Below, in pieces: positions 63,541 through 64,000 of a stretch of DNA of 64,000 bases. This DNA is from an uncultured Clostridia bacterium. GTDB lineage: Bacteria; Bacillota; Clostridia; Oscillospirales; Ruminococcaceae. The notes below the pieces were generated by a model. It searched no databases. It was not told the origin of the DNA and saw nothing but the letters and a program-made list of their open reading frames with translations. Positions within the stretch are counted from its first letter, which is position 1. Every line of letters begins with the position of its first letter. The translations under genes and the position numbers were made by a program. The stretch spans positions 21,797 to 85,796 of the forward strand of contig CANQUJ010000007.1 in NCBI GenBank assembly GCA_947627005.1, read 5' to 3'.

Positions 63541-64000
63541 ATGCCGAACGAAAACACTCTTAACCAAAAGAAACAGAAGGTAGAGGAAATCACCGAACTT
63601 TTGAAGAGCTCCGCAGCGGGCGTTCTCGTCAACTACTCCGGCATCTCGGTAGAGGACGACACCAAGCTTCGCAAAGAGCTTCGCGAGGCCGGGGTCAAAT
63701 ACGCGGTAGAAAAGAATACCCTTCTTCGCTTCGCGATGCAGAACGCCGGGCTCGATAAGCTGACCGAAGTTCTTTCGGGCGCTACCGCCATCGCCGTTTC
63801 TGACGACGAGACCGCGGCCGCGAGGATCCTCGGAAAATACGCCGAAGATCACGAAAACTTTACCCTTAAGGCCGGCTTCATCGGAACCGAGATCTATGAC
63901 GCCGAGGGCGTTAAAGCTCTCTCCAAGATCCCCTCGAAGGAAACCCTTCTCGCGCAGCTCGTCGGATCCCTCCAGGGCCCGATGCAAAAGCTCGCCGCAA
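63541..64000 (+). CDS. rplJ: 50S ribosomal protein L10 (3' end outside the window)
   Basis: The sequence MPNENTLNQKKQKVEEITELLKSSAAGVLVNYSGISVEDDTKLRKELREAGVKYAVEKNT... is open to the window edge. Confidence 0.92.
   Translation, partial: MPNENTLNQKKQKVEEITELLKSSAAGVLVNYSGISVEDDTKLRKELREAGVKYAVEKNTLLRFAMQNAGLDKLTEVLSGATAIAVSDDETAAARILGKYAEDHENFTLKAGFIGTEIYDAEGVKALSKIPSKETLLAQLVGSLQGPMQKLAA

Noticed and set aside
1-64000. Search for tRNA, rRNA, transposase, integrase and phage genes
   Set aside because: No GGTTCGAATCC-type T-arm or cloverleaf candidates were seen in the intergenic regions. No translated ORF has DDE, tyrosine- or serine-recombinase or capsid/terminase motifs that I recognise. 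A tRNAscan/Infernal run would be needed to be certain.

Overview
This is a 64-kb chromosomal window with dense coding: about 55 protein genes. I found no rRNA, tRNA, CRISPR array, transposase, integrase or phage gene by eye. The gene content includes a T-box-controlled thrS, RNase Y, rnfCDGEAB-apbE, a fused secDF, an ECF sigma/anti-sigma pair and rpmG-secE-nusG-rplK-rplA-rplJ. By inference only, this points to a moderately GC-rich Gram-positive anaerobe of the Clostridia type. All protein calls rest on motifs I recognise in the supplied translations; no database search was possible.

The most unusual content is a roughly 20-kb co-directional locus (8.7-28.7 kb). It holds the four parts of a YknWXYZ/MacAB-like ABC system: two different MacB-type ATPases, a Yip1 membrane protein, an HlyD-type adaptor and a double-FtsX permease. 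These parts are dispersed among two MalF/MalG-type permease pairs, a 974-aa CBM-fused solute-binding protein, an NHL beta-propeller protein, a DUF5696-like secreted protein and a GH26-like lipoprotein. I know of no characterised system with this composition.

Secondary oddities:
- an SD-led reading frame with an in-frame TAG, wedged between the T-box terminator and thrS
- an XRE-HTH fused in frame to an M18 aminopeptidase
- several intergenic repeat/hairpin arrays (35.2 kb, 53.0-53.8 kb, 28.75-28.97 kb)
- a two-gene cassette flanked by 53-bp inverted repeats (58.76-60.64 kb)
- an orphan promoter with a G9 tract in its spacer
- a 200-nt leader ahead of rpmG

Many long antisense ORFs in the track are shadow ORFs and were rejected.
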